A stretch of DNA of 42,140 bases from assembly GCF_001194135.2 (NCBI RefSeq), contig NC_068984.1, positions 112,956,957-112,999,096 on the forward strand, read 5' to 3'. Positions 1 to 11,959 of this stretch are shown here, piece after piece. A program made the translations under genes and the position numbers. Position 1 is the stretch's first letter; the number at the start of each line of letters is the position of its first letter. Origin of the DNA: Octopus bimaculoides (taxonomy: Eukaryota). The notes beneath the pieces were generated by a model. It saw only the letters and a program-made list of their open reading frames with translations. It made no database searches and was not told where the DNA came from.

Positions 1-3
1 CAT

Positions 4-77
4 TGGTGGTGGTGGTGGTAGTGGTGGTGGTGGTGGTAGTGGTGGTAGTGGTGGTGGTGGTAGTGGTGGTGGTGGTG
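4..77. repeat. (GGT)n microsatellite with GTA variants
   Basis: Direct reading. Confidence 0.95.
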
Positions 78-529
78 ACCATCTCGTCATCGTCATGCAT
101 CGTAGGCTTTCTGCAGCGCGTTGACGACACTGCAACGAGTCTTACCTATTAATCGCGAATTATCCCATGGGAAGAAGAAATAGCATTAGTTTGTTCTGAC
201 ATTCCCATAGTGTTTTCTTGGCCAAAATATTGCGATATTTGCCATTGTCTTCCTGAACTGGATAGCTGCTGGCCCACAAGGAGTTCATCCGCCACTCGTC
301 AGGTCTTGCTTTTAGTCTTGCTGGGTGTACAGACACCTTCCTCACAAGGGAACCGGTTTAGTCGCCGACTACTCGACCATGAAACAAATAGGACTAACTT
401 ACATTGTTGTCAATAGAAGGTCTCATCAACCTATGATGAGATTTCTGGCCTGAGTGACCGTCTACTGTATATTTTATTGACTTTTTTCCTTTCTAATTGT
501 TTTGTTTTACAACTCAAGAGAAGAGCGCC

Positions 530-1140
530 CATGAGCAATTCTTCGAATATTTTCTTGATCTTAGCAACGACCTCGGCTATGATGTTGCAGGCAGAGCGGT
601 TGGTGTCTTTCACAACCTCAACCCACACATAGTAATCCTTGGGATTATAATCGAGGAAATTAGAAATTCTCTGACAGTCACTTCTGATTCTTTCCGGAGG
701 TATGGCAATGATCCGAATCCTGCAGTCACACATGGCCTTCACATAAACGCCTGAATCAAGCCTAAAGCCCTGTTCAAATATATAGGGATGAAATCTAGCG
801 TACAGATGCAGTCAGAATGACTGCTGTGTCCCTTCCTGCTGGCAACAGTTTCCATTGCAACTGTCCATGTTACGTCTTACAGCCTTTACAGAGTTCACAG
901 AGCATTGAGCAGCAGTCATGCTGTCCACATTTTCATACACTGCGCTAATTATCATGATATAGGTAAATTTTTTCCAATATTCAGTTGGATTGTAGTCCTC
1001 CAAATCAGCTAACTTTCTCTCAACTACAACATTAATGTTTAAGCTTTGCAAGGCCGTTGTCTGTTTAACAATGCTTCAAATTGTTCCGGAAAAAAAAGGG
1101 AACATTAAAAAATTGTCAAACTTAGCCCGAACGCCTTGTA
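530..1140 (-). mobile_element. Multiply deleted Tc1/mariner (maT/DD37D-type) transposon remnant
   Basis: Minus-strand blocks in transposase order across frameshifts: DYNPTEYWKK...TAAQCSVNSVKAVRRNMDSCNGN; RKGHSSHSDCICTLDF; PYIFEQGFRLDSGVYVK; QDSDHCHTSGKNQK*LSENF; NFLDYNPKDYYVWVEVVKDTNRSACN..EVVAKIKKIF. A TIR-like end TA-CAAGGCGTTCGGGCTAAGTTTGACAATT lies at 1111-1140 (minus); the other end is not seen. Confidence 0.8.
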
Positions 1141-1555
1141 CTTGGATTACAGCATAACTGAATTATTGAACACGGTTCAAAATCTTTTTATAGAAAGCGT
1201 CTTGCGCTCTAGTTGAATGCACAAAATGCATTTAATGCAGATATGGCGAAAAGTTTTCTGCGACTAATCTTTATTTGTCTCATGCGACAAATGAATATAT
1301 AATTTGTCTTATGCAACTTCAATGAATATATAGTTATTATTATATAATGAATATATAATTATTGCTAGAAAGAGCTTACTACAAAAAGGTTGCCGTCAAA
1401 CAGAATATGCAACGAAAAGTCACTGATACAGTGCGACAGTAACGTGTTTTTGTAACATACACATACGTGCATCATATTTGCACGTTTAGTGACGTGCGCA
1501 TTTTCGTGTGTACATATATGTGTGTGTGTATTTGTGTGTTCTTTCAATCATTTAG

Positions 1556-1713
1556 TCTTTTACTTGTTTCAATTATTTGACTGCGGCCACTCTGGAGTAC
1601 CGCCTTTAATCGAACAAATCGACCCCAGGGCTTATTCTTTGTAAGCCTAGTACTTATTCTATCGGTCGCTTTTCTCGAACCGTTGTCAAGCGACGGTGGG
1701 TTGGGGGACAAAC
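1556..1713 (-). mobile_element. SINE family A, 3' half (runs into gap)
   Basis: Reverse complement matches the 3' half of the copies at 14399 and 34726. Confidence 0.85.
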
Positions 1714-2566
1714 NNNNNNNNNNTATATATATATATATTCATGTGTATTACGTATATATATATATATATTATTTTTATTTATTTATACGATACTATATTA
1801 AATACATGAACACGGACGTGTGTATATGTATTTGTCGCCATGTATAATTTGGAAGAGTCGACATAGAGCCATAGACGGATATATATAATGGAAAGACCAC
1901 ATCTGTGCTATTCATATTTTAGAGAATAATCAAACGATGGTATTATTTGAAACTGAGTGACAGCTACTTGTACGGATGTATATATGGCATACATTAATTC
2001 CAGCTACTGTGCATCTCGTTACCTAAGGTTTTATGACAGAATGCAATCCCTGAATGGGGATTAGTGGCATAAAAATTCCTGATATAATATGCTACAGAAC
2101 AAATCGGGCATCATTTTGCAGACTTTCGGCTGGACACGCTTTGGTTCACCGAAGGAAACCGGATGGGGAGATACACCCGGTATCTCAATTTATTTCGAAT
2201 AGATTTTACTTGGCCAACACCAGGTTATGTGTTGGTCAATGCTGACTATATAGATATATATTTTGTCGGTCAATGCTGACTATATAAATATATAGTTTAA
2301 TATATAGACTAGTAGTTGCCTTTGCTTGCAAGTCTACTCTTTCACAACTGTCCACGTATATACACACGCCAAAAACAACACATACACACGCCAAAAACAA
2401 CACATACACACATCTCCCACAAATGCCCATCTCTAAACACTCCTATATTTGCACATCCACATCCACACCCGTCCCTTTTTAACTCCCCGAAAACAACCAC
2501 ATTTGTATCTGCCTCCTAAACGTTCGTCCATTTTTTTTTTCTTATCTACTATTCTTTTTCACTCAC

Positions 2567-2699
2567 CTGTATTTTCTTCTTTTTCTGGTGAAGAACAGAC
2601 GTCAGAAACGTTTGTTCAGCTTTGTCTTTCTTGTGTTGTCCTTTCATACATTTTTTGTTTCTTTTGTTGTTCTTCACATTTACTATATACATAAAATCA
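2567..2699 (-). other. Candidate exon (133 nt) of an unidentified minus-strand transcript
   Basis: Acceptor TATTTCTTTAG and donor CAG|GTGAGT. One open frame (DFMYIVNVKNN...VLHQKKKKIQ), not recognised. Confidence 0.25.
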
Positions 2700-3342
2700 C
2701 TAAAGAAATATATAGAAATATGTGTATTTACAAAGGTTCATTATGCAACTGACTGATAAATGAATATCCAAATGAGAGATAATATATTTAAAGTTACGAA
2801 ACAGATTCGTAAATTTAAATAATTTTCTCTCCATTTTTTTTTCTCTCTCCTGGAAATTAAAAAAATGAAAAGATATGAATCACCTGTTAAAATTCAAAAC
2901 AGAATTGACATCGTATCATTCAATTTTTTAAGGAGACAAAATATTTGATTTGCCATTTATAGAAATCAAATATTATTTGAATACATGTATTTTGCAACAA
3001 AAGATGATAGCTGAAGATAACGGAGAAAATTACAAATCGGGTGAATGAATTATAATCTTGTATTATATATGATTTGAATGTCACGTTATCCTATATCATA
3101 TATGGCTTGAAGGATATATAATCTTATATCATATATGGCTTTACCGTAAAAATAAATAGCCAAAATATTGATTCTTTTCTCTAAATACAAAGCCAACATT
3201 TGTAAGGAATCGAGTACCGTTCAATTTGAGTCATGCTCAGTATTAAACGGGTAATGATTTTATTAAACTCAGAAGGTTTATTATTAAACTCACAAAGTTG
3301 AGTGGAATGTCTTTTTTTTTTTAAATGCAATGCAGTTATGGC

Positions 3343-3652
3343 TAGGTGCAAGCATTGCTGTGTGGTTAAAAAGCTCGCTTTGCAGCCACGCAGTTCTGGG
3401 TTCAGTCCCATTCTACGGCAACCTAGGCAATTGTCGTCTATTATAGCCCCGCGCCGGACAATGCATTGCGGCTGAATTTGGTAGACAGAAATTGTGTAGA
3501 AGCCTATATATTTAGTGTGTGTGTGCGCGCGTGCGCGCGTCGCGTGTGTCTTTGCTTTATTGTTTGTCCGCCTCTACCTTTTGACAACTGGTGTTGTCCT
3601 ATTTACGTCCCCGTAAGATAGCGGTTCGGCGAAAAAATAAGTACCAAACTTT
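3343..3652 (+). mobile_element. SINE family A, diverged
   Basis: Head GGTGCAAGCATTGCTGTGTGGTT, B-box-like GGGTTCAGTCCC, core TTTGGTAGACAGAAA, internal (GT)n, TTTACGTCCCCGTAA. Confidence 0.8.
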
Positions 3653-3676
3653 AATATATATATATTTATATAAAGA

Positions 3677-3730
<54 letters not shown>

Positions 3731-5100
3731 TTGAATAATTAGAGAAATGTTCTACCAGTGGCTAGCATGTCCTGTTTAGGGTCACCTCTTTTGTNNNNNN
3801 NNNNNNNNNNNNNNNNNNNNNNNNNNNNNNNNNNNNNNNNNNNNNNNNNNNNNNNNNNNNNNNNNNNNNNNNNNNNNNNNNNNNNNNNNNNNNNNNNNNN
3901 NNNNNNNNNNNNNNNNNNNNNNNNNNNNNNNNNNNNNNNNNNNNNNNNNNNNNNNNNNNNNNNNNNNNNNNNNNNNNNNNNNNNNNNNNNNNNNNNNNNN
4001 NNNNNNNNNNNNNNNNNNNNNNNNNNNNNNNNNNNNNNNNNNNNNNNNNNNNNNNNNNNNNNNNNNNNNNNNNNNNNNNNNNNNNNNNNNNNNNNNNNNN
4101 NNNNNNNNNNNNNNNNNNNNNNNNNNNNNNNNNNNNNNNNNNNNNNNNNNNNNNNNNNNNNNNNNNNNNNNNNNNNNNNNNNNNNNNNNNNNNNNNNNNN
4201 NNNNNNNNNNNNNNNNNNNNNNNNNNNNNNNNNNNNNNNNNNNNNNNNNNNNNNNNNNNNNNNNNNNNNNNNNNNNNNNNNNNNNNNNNNNNNNNNNNNN
4301 NNNNNNNNNNNNNNNNNNNNNNNNNNNNNNNNNNNNNNNNNNNNNNNNNNNNNNNNNNNNNNNNNNNNNNNNNNNNNNNNNNNNNNNNNNNNNNNNNNNN
4401 NNNNNNNNNNNNNNNNNNNNNNNNNNNNNNNNNNNNNNNNNNNNNNNNNNNNNNNNNNNNNNNNNNNNNNNNNNNNNNNNNNNNNNNNNNNNNNNNNNNN
4501 NNNNNNNNNNNNNNNNNNNNNNNNNNNNNNNNNNNNNNNNNNNNNNNNNNNNNNNNNNNNNNNNNNNNNNNNNNNNNNNNNNNNNNNNNNNNNNNNNNNN
4601 NNNNNNNNNNNNNNNNNNNNNNNNNNNNNNNNNNNNNNNNNNNNNNNNNNNNNNNNNNGACAAATTTCACTTCAACCTGTACAATACTATATTTTTCGTT
4701 AAAATTTCTTATTGACTTTCTGCCTGTCGTATTAAGAAACATAATTTCCGTTACCAAGTTATTTTCATTGTTTACTATCTTCTGCACTCGTGTATTTCTG
4801 TATTAAACATTTATGTATGTGTGTGTTTGTAAGAGACAGAGTGTGAGTGAGTCAAGGGGTGTGTTGTCATATGCATCCATCATTTTTGGATGTATGTGCG
4901 TGTGTGTGTGTGTGTGAGACAGAGTGAGAGAGCGGTGTGTATGTAGTATTTACTCTCTCTCTCTCATACACACGCACAGACGCACTTACACACAAAGATG
5001 TATGCATATTTATGCATGTACGTATACATAACAAACATCTCTCTCTCTCTGTCTCACACACACACACATACACACACACATCCATTTCATCTGATGTGTA

Positions 5101-5242
<142 letters not shown>

Positions 5243-5708
5243 TAGGGGGTTCCACAATCGCCATTTATTTCAATTACTCTTGTGAGGATATTCAAGTAAA
5301 TAATTTTTTTTCATTTAATCCCCATTTTAATTTTCGTAAAAGTTTCCAAGTACCAATAAGCAACAATTTCATTCCCGGGCAACGCCGGGTGGCTCTGCAA
5401 GTAATGTATAAAGATGTGACGTGTGCCCTTTATTTGTCCCATAATGATATGTTAATTATTAGCGCCCTTGCTGATGAAGGACACAGATAACAAATTATTT
5501 GAATTGTTCATTAATGTTCGAAACCTAGGTACAAGTGGTAACTCTTAACCGTGATTTGGACTTTGACTGATCCTTTTAGTGTTCAATGCTTTACTAAAAA
5601 GGAAAACTATAATTGTCACTGAATATGATGAGGGTGTTGGAAACACCTACAGTGCTAGAAATAAGAGCTAAACAGCTCTAATGCTGCAGTTAAAGCACAT
5701 CATTGCAT

Positions 5709-5853
5709 ACATATGTACTGACAGGGAATGTAATCGACCGAAAGCACCGGTCGAGAATACTGATCGGTTATTTTCAGCTAATTCCGTGGCCTCGTCAGCA
5801 GCGACCGCTTGACTCGGCTATTTCCGGACTTAATTCTCTGTCAGTACATATGT
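5709..5853. mobile_element. 145-bp MITE-like element with 21-bp TIRs
   Basis: ACATATGTACTGACAGGGAAT (5709-5729) matches the reverse complement of 5833-5853 at 20/21. Internal hairpin TCGACCG-7nt-CGGTCGA at 5734-5754. Confidence 0.8.
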
Positions 5854-5905
5854 CTTCACTATAAAAAAATCTATGAATGATTTAGCGAATCGCTAATTTG
5901 TATAC

Positions 5906-6070
5906 TATTGGTTCCTAGCCTGTGGTCCGTGGACACCTGGTGGTCCGCAAAGGTAGTACTGGGGGTCCGTGAACATATTAAGCTGACAGACCTTTCAATA
6001 TCCTGGGATCCGTAGGTAAACTCATTTTATTAAAAGGGGTACTTGGTAGAGAAAAGGTTGGAAACCACTG
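5906..6070. mobile_element. hAT-type MITE (165 bp)
   Basis: Ends TATTGGTTCCTAGCCTG ... AGGTTGGAAACCACTG resemble CAGTGGTTCCCAACC-type TIRs. 8-bp TSD TTGTATAC (5898-5905) / GTGTATAC (6071-6078). Confidence 0.8.
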
Positions 6071-6500
6071 GTGTATACAAAAAAAATAATATAGACAGCA
6101 GTGTGCAATGTTTTACCAAAAAGGAAAACTATAATTGTCACGAAATATGATTAGTGTGTTAAAACACCTACATTGCTAGAAATAAGAGCTAAAAGTTCTA
6201 ATGCTGGAGTTAAAACACATATATTGTGTGTGTGTGTGTGTGTGTAACATGTACTGTGGTTGATCTGTTCGACAAAACGCTGTCCAATGTTTGAAACAAG
6301 TAAAAGAAAGAAAGGTAAGCGTATGCTTCCTGCTACCTCCACCAGTTGTGGGACTCTTGTAAATAGAATTATAATCAGAGTTATATTAATAACATAGACG
6401 ACTATGACATTGGTTGCAAGAAAATGCGAAACTGTTATGGCTTATACACTGAAAAAAATCCATATCATCACCATCATCAGCGACAACAACAAACAGCAAT

Positions 6501-6899
6501 AATCCTTTCTATTATAGGCACAATGCCTGAAATTTTACGGGAAGAGGTATGTCGAATGGTACATTCGAAAGAATGAAAGGTTAGGTCGACCTCGGTGGAA
6601 TTCGAACTCAGAACGTAAAGACAGGTGAAATGCCGCTAAGCATTTTGCCCGACATGCAGATGTTTCTTATTTCTTTATTGCCCACAAGGGGCTAAACATA
6701 GAGGGGACAAACAAGGACAGACAAAGGGATTAAGTCGATTACATCGACCTCAGTGCATAACTGGTACTTAATTTATCGACCTCGAAAGGATGATAGGCAA
6801 TGTCAACCTCACCGGAATTTGAACTCAGAACCTAACGGCAGACGAAATACCGCTAAACATTTCGCCCGGCGTGCTAACGATTCTGCCAGCTCGCCGCCT
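6501..6899 (-). mobile_element. SINE family B dimer (B1-tail monomer followed by a head-clipped B2-tail monomer)
   Basis: Head GGCGGCGAGCTGGCAGAATCGTTAGC, B-box GAGTTCAAATTCC. Junction ATAAG-AAAC at about 6662-6670. Confidence 0.9.
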
Positions 6900-6914
6900 T
6901 TAATAATAATTACT

Positions 6915-7120
6915 TTAGATTTTTGACTCAAGACCAGCGATTTTGAAAGGGAGAGGCGTGTCGATTACACTGATCTCAGTGCTTGATGACAGGTATTTTA
7001 TTTTATCCATCTGTATAGGATGAAAGGCAGAGTCGACCTTGGCGTGATTTGAACTCGGAATATAAAGAACCAAAAAAAAAAAATGCCGCTAAGCATTATG
7101 TCCGATGCGTCAATGATTCT
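6915..7120 (-). mobile_element. SINE family B, diverged
   Basis: GTCGACCTTGGCGTGATTTGAACTC and ATGCCGCTAAGCAT match the reverse complement of family B. Confidence 0.8.
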
Positions 7121-7145
7121 GCTAAGAGTAACAGTAATTAATGTT

Positions 7146-7262
7146 TTCAAATTTTGGCACAAGGCCAGCAATTTCAAGGGTGGAATTAAGTCGAGCGCTG
7201 GGGTCGATGTAATCGATTTACACCACGCCCCCGAACTTGCTGGCCTTGTGCCAAAATTTGAA
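7146..7262. repeat. Perfect 26-bp inverted repeat formed by two outward-facing SINE B3 tails
   Basis: TTCAAATTTTGGCACAAGGCCAGCAA (7146-7171) is the exact reverse complement of 7237-7262. Confidence 0.9.
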
Positions 7263-7389
7263 GTCAATATTATATAGAGTTACCGACAAAAGACGTATTT
7301 CTCAGAAAAATAAGAATCACATATTAACTAAATAACGTAACCCATCACACTGGTGTTCAGCTGATACATATTTTATTGGTTCCATAACA

Positions 7390-7490
7390 ATAAAATTCGA
7401 AGTGAACCTCGGCGGGATTTGAACTCAGACCGTATGAAATGTTGCGAAGCGTTTTGCCCAGCATGATAACGACTCTGCCAGCTCGCTGCG
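7390..7490 (-). mobile_element. SINE family B head fragment
   Basis: CCTCGGCGGGATTTGAACTCAG...GACTCTGCCAGCTCGCTGC. Confidence 0.75.
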
Positions 7491-8096
7491 TTAATAGAAG
7501 CAGTAATTAATATCAACCATAACAATAGCAAAAGAAAAGCAAAAAAGAACATGGTGGTGCAATTGGCTGTGAATGGACGAGGCAACAAAAATTAACGTAT
7601 TTACAATCGCAGAGAAATATTCTAAGTTGGGAAAAGCAACAGCCAGAATAAACAACAAAGAGAAGGAAAATAACTATCAACAGCCACGACAGGAATAACA
7701 ACATCAACAACGACAATAATAACCACAAAGAACGTTATAAAATTTTCTAATAGAAACAATGAAATGAATAACAACAACAATGAGAAGAATAACAATAAAA
7801 ACCATAGTCATAATTAAAGACTAAATCAACGAATAATGTTAATCGCTGCAATTTGCTCATCAACACGAAAACCATAGCAACAGACCATTGTTATTTTTGT
7901 TTTTGCTTTCGTTTTCAGCAAGTGCAAAACATTCGATCCACTTGTTTCAATACATTCATTGCTGAGAAAGGGGTCTTGAAAAATATTACTCTTAAACCCA
8001 TTTTTATTTCGTGTGGCAGGGTGTAAAAATTATGTTAAGAATATAGAGATTTTTGGTTGGTTTCACTCAATACATCTTTTGTTATCTTAATAATTA

Positions 8097-8315
8097 ATAC
8101 TGGTTACAAACTTTGGCAGAAGGCCAGAGAGTTTGGGCGAGGGAATAGATCGATTAGATTGATCCCAGTACATAACTGGAACTTATTTCATCATGTCCGA
8201 AAGGATGAAGTGTAAAGTTGACCTCAGCAGAATTTCAACTCAGAAATTAAAGACAGGTGAAATGTCGTTAAGCATTTTCCCTGGCGTGCTTACGATTCTA
8301 CCAGCTCTCTGCCTC
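8097..8315 (-). mobile_element. SINE family B (B3 tail), diverged
   Basis: Collinear with the reverse complement of family B from head to tail. Confidence 0.8.
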
Positions 8316-8338
8316 ATCTTAAGTATTAGGATTACAGT

Positions 8339-8710
8339 GGAGGCGCAATGGCCTAGTGGTTAGGGCAGCGGACTCGTGGTCGTAGGATCGCGGTTTCGAT
8401 TCTCAGACCGAGCGTTGTGAGTGTTTATTGAGCGAAAACACCTAAAGCTCCACGAGGCTCCGGCAGTGGGTGGTGGCGAACCCTACTGTACACTTTCACC
8501 ACAACTTTCTCTCACTCTTTCTTCCTGTTTCTGTTGTACCTGTATTTCAAAGGGTCACACTCTGTGTCACGCTGAATCTCCCCGAGAACTACGTTAAGGG
8601 TACACGTGTCTATGGAGTACTCAGCCACTTGCACGTTAATTTCACGAGCAAGCTGTTCCATTGATCCGATCAACTGGAACCCTCGTCGTCGTAACCAACG
8701 GAGTGTCAAC
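8339..8710 (+). mobile_element. tRNA-derived SINE family C
   Basis: A box TGGCCTAGTGG and B box GGTTTCGATTC, followed by about 300 bp of non-tRNA body ending in CAAC repeats. Confidence 0.8.
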
Positions 8711-8737
8711 CAACCATTAGTATTACATAAGGTTATT

Positions 8738-8950
8738 AAGGCAGCGAGCGGCAGAATCATTAGTAGGTCAGGCAAAAATGCTCAGCGGTATTTCGTCGTC
8801 ATTATGTTCTGAGTCCAAATTCCGCCAAGGTCAACTTTGCCTTTCATCCTTTCGGGGTCAATAAAATAAATACCAGATGAGCACTGGAGTCGATGTAATC
8901 GATTTACACCACGCCCCCGAATTTAGTGAGCTTGTGCCAAAATTTGAAAT
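8738..8950 (+). mobile_element. SINE family B (B3 tail)
   Basis: AAGGCAGCGAGCGGCAGAATC...GAGTCCAAATTCCGCC...CTTGTGCCAAAATTTGAAAT. Confidence 0.85.
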
Positions 8951-9044
8951 CAATATTATATAGGGTTACCGACGAAAGACGTATTTCTCAGCAAAAATAA
9001 ATATCTCATATGAACTATATAACGTAACCGATCACATTTATCAT

Positions 9045-9300
9045 TATTTTATTCACTCCGATGATCTGGAGTGGTCAGGCTGTCTGTCACCGAGTGGAAT
9101 CCGCTAGCCACAGTATTTGCTCCATTCCTCTCGTGCTCTTCCTATTCTCCATCACCTTATTCCATTAAATTTTTCTTAAATCATCTTCCCACCTGGCTGG
9201 AGGTCTTCCGTGTGGTCATTTCTGTTCGCGTGAGTACCACTGGACAACTGCACGGGTCCACCGATTGTCTATGAACTTTGCGACATGACCGGCCCACCGT
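9045..9300 (-). mobile_element. RTE-clade LINE, ORF C-terminus and 3' end
   Basis: Minus strand RWAGHVAKFIDNRWTRAVVQWYSREQK*PHGRPPARWEDDLRKI matches the WAGHV..R / GRP..RW.DD pattern of RTE C-termini. Confidence 0.85.
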
Positions 9301-9529
9301 AGCTTTGCAAAGCCATGCATTGTTTTAATTATGAAGGAAAAAAAAACCAGCAATGGATAGCAGAATTTTAACCTTTTCCTGTTCCTTTACATGGAATGAA
9401 GGACGGCGCAAGACCACTATTTCTGTTTTTATTGATGCTTATGTGCTACTGCGATGGTTCTAATCGTAATTGTTGGTATCTTATTTACAAGAGTTGTTGT
9501 TGTTTTGTGTGCATTTCAGTTATTTAAAA

Positions 9530-9745
9530 ATTGTTGTTTAGTCCCTGGTTGAGCTGTATTTAGTACATCGACCATCAAATGGAATTTTATCTATGACCAT
9601 GTCCTTTGTTTCCGTTTTTTGTTTTTTCAGACGCAATATATCTCGAATGTTATTATGTAACGTGTTCTTCCTCTTTTCAAAACGATAGGTTTGTGACTTG
9701 AGCGTGCGGATATTTAACCTCTATTACAAAAGAAAAAAAATTACA
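9530..9745 (-). mobile_element. Interspersed repeat family E (SINE-like, AAC tail), diverged
   Basis: Shares motifs with 17640-17870, 24645-24815 and 35255-35370; ends in AAACAACAA. Confidence 0.5.
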
Positions 9746-10050
9746 AATTTCAAGAGAAAGCCACGATGAAATACTATCCATCACCACTACCACCACCACC
9801 ACCATTTAAGGCCACTTAAACGAATAACGTGATGTCTCCCGCGAACACACATCACACTCTGAATCCCCTGCCTTTTCTCCTAATACTATAACGACCTCTG
9901 CTCAACTGGCTTGGTTGTTTCGTGCCGTCTCCTCTCCCACTGTACCACAGTCGACCCATTTACATCTCCTCCTACAGCCACCCAGAATGTGAGGGATACC
10001 CCTCACACTCAGGCACTTCTACTAGCAGCACATCCCCCTTTTCTTCTACT

Positions 10051-10283
10051 TATTTCTTTATTGCCCACAAGGGGCTAAACATAGAGGGAACAAACAAGGA
10101 CAGACAAAGGGATTAAGTCGATTACATCCACCCCAGTGCGTAACTGGTACTTAATTTATCGACCCCGAAAGGATGAAAGGCAAAGTCGACCTCGGCGGAA
10201 TTTGAACTCAGGATGTAACGGCAGACGAAATACCGCTAAGCATTTCGCCCGGCGTGCTAACGTTTCTGCCAGTTCGCCGCCTT
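10051..10283 (-). mobile_element. SINE family B1, full length with TSD
   Basis: Near-consensus copy. Flanks CCCCCTTTTCTTCTACT (10034-10050) and CCCCTTTTTCTTCTACT (10287-10303). Confidence 0.92.
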
Positions 10284-11077
10284 TTGCCCCTTTTTCTTCT
10301 ACTGCTACCCACATTGTGTCCCTCCTACCCAGGCATTACCACGACTGAGTCACTTATCTCTCTTCTTGTCGTCACACACATTGTGCCCCCTCCTATTCGG
10401 TCACCGCATTTATCATTCCTCCCAGTCCCTCTTCCACAGATCTTTCAGCCTTACGGAATTCCCTCCATGCACCTTATCCGTTTAATACTTATAATTAATT
10501 CTTGTGCAGCCGCCAACTTGCTGTTGAGACACACCGTATCGGTATCACCGGCCTTCAGTGTGGCCTGCGTCATGTATGGGTGAAACGCCTACCTCCAAGC
10601 CGAACCATTTGAAGAAGAACAGTCGAACGACCTCATAGAAACACCTTCACTTGGTCGTTTAACGTTGTTATTGTTTCCATCGCAATTGCTATTGTTACAT
10701 TATCCTGTTTTCATAACAATGAAAGCGTTCTGATGGAAACCGCCAGACGTGTATTTAGCAGCCATTTCCTAAGGCAATTTCTTCTTTTATTATCATTTTA
10801 TATTATTTTTATTTTACTTTATTTTGTTGATATTAATTTTTTTTTTTGTGTTGGTCCACATTTCTTTTTGACCTTTTTCTTTTATATTTATTGTCTCTTT
10901 TTTTTTTTCGCAATATACAGTTTGTTTGCTTGTTTGTTTTTTTTATCGAAGATATCGTGACAAACCATTGCTAATCGTACGAAATGAGTAAGATTTGTTG
11001 GGTGTGACCATGTAATAGGTCTGGTTCTTTTAATTTCATGATTCGGAAGAGATTTTATGGTCCATCTCACGGGAAAG

Positions 11078-11124
11078 AAAACAACAACAACAGCAGCAAC
11101 AACGGCAACAACAACAACAACAAC

Positions 11125-11176
<52 letters not shown>
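11078..11176. repeat. (AAC)n/(AAT)n microsatellite
   Basis: Direct reading. Confidence 0.95.
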
Positions 11177-11959
11177 TCTACTATAATAATAGCAGAGAAA
11201 AAGGGTAATACACTATGAATGAACGAGACCTTATTTACATAGTTATCAATGCCATTAAGCTAACATTTAATCTCAGAAGTCTTCAAGTTGAAATCGTTTC
11301 GTTTGTTCAGCAGCAAATTCAAGACATTCATCTCTTTAATATAACTGCAGTAGAAAAATAAAGAACAAAAAAAAAAGGAAAAAAAATAAGAAAATAAGAA
11401 AAAAAAAGAGGTGATATAAAAAAACAAAACACGCTGTTACGTTACTATGGTAGCACTAGATGATCACTGAATAAAAACATTTAAATTATTAATATTAAAG
11501 AAAAGATAATTATTATTATTATGTTTTCAAAAGTTTCGTGTGTGGGTTTTACAGTGCCTCAATGTTCCTCGTGGCAGTATTTGTTGCTTCTGCTTTTGAT
11601 TTGCTCTGATTGTGGGGGTTGGTTTGGGGATTTGTTTCGTTATTCTTTTATGCTTCTTTTTTTTTATGCAGACTTAGACAACGGTTTTGTCATTATGGCT
11701 GTTGTAGTTGTTATTTGTTAACTATTGTTAATTGCTGCTGACTATAATTCTCAGCCATTTCTTCTGACGTCTCCAGTGACGTTGCTACTTGACAGTAGTC
11801 CAGAATTTGCCAGTCTCATTATGCCATGTCTTAACGTTGTCCTCTTGATTATTTCTCCCAGTCATTAATCACCGTTCCGGGATAATTTCTGCCCAGCAGC
11901 TGTCTGTTTTGCCTATCTGTGTTGCCCGTATCCATTTTCTCTTTTATTAAAGCAGTAAA

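Larger units (their letters stand above)
5578..6220 (+). repeat. Direct duplication of about 122 bp (5578-5700 and 6100-6220)
   Basis: Both copies read CAATG.TTTAC.AAAAAGGAAAACTATAATTGTCAC...AAACACCTACA.TGCTAGAAATAAGAGCTAAA...CTAATGCTG.AGTTAAA.CACAT. Confidence 0.9.

Noticed and set aside
90-430. Possible RTE 5' region (GNVRT resembling WNVRT on the minus strand)
   Set aside because: Only one degenerate motif, with stops in all frames; not supportable.
431-742. 103-aa ORF as a host gene
   Set aside because: It is a chance fusion of mariner transposase fragments with flanking sequence.
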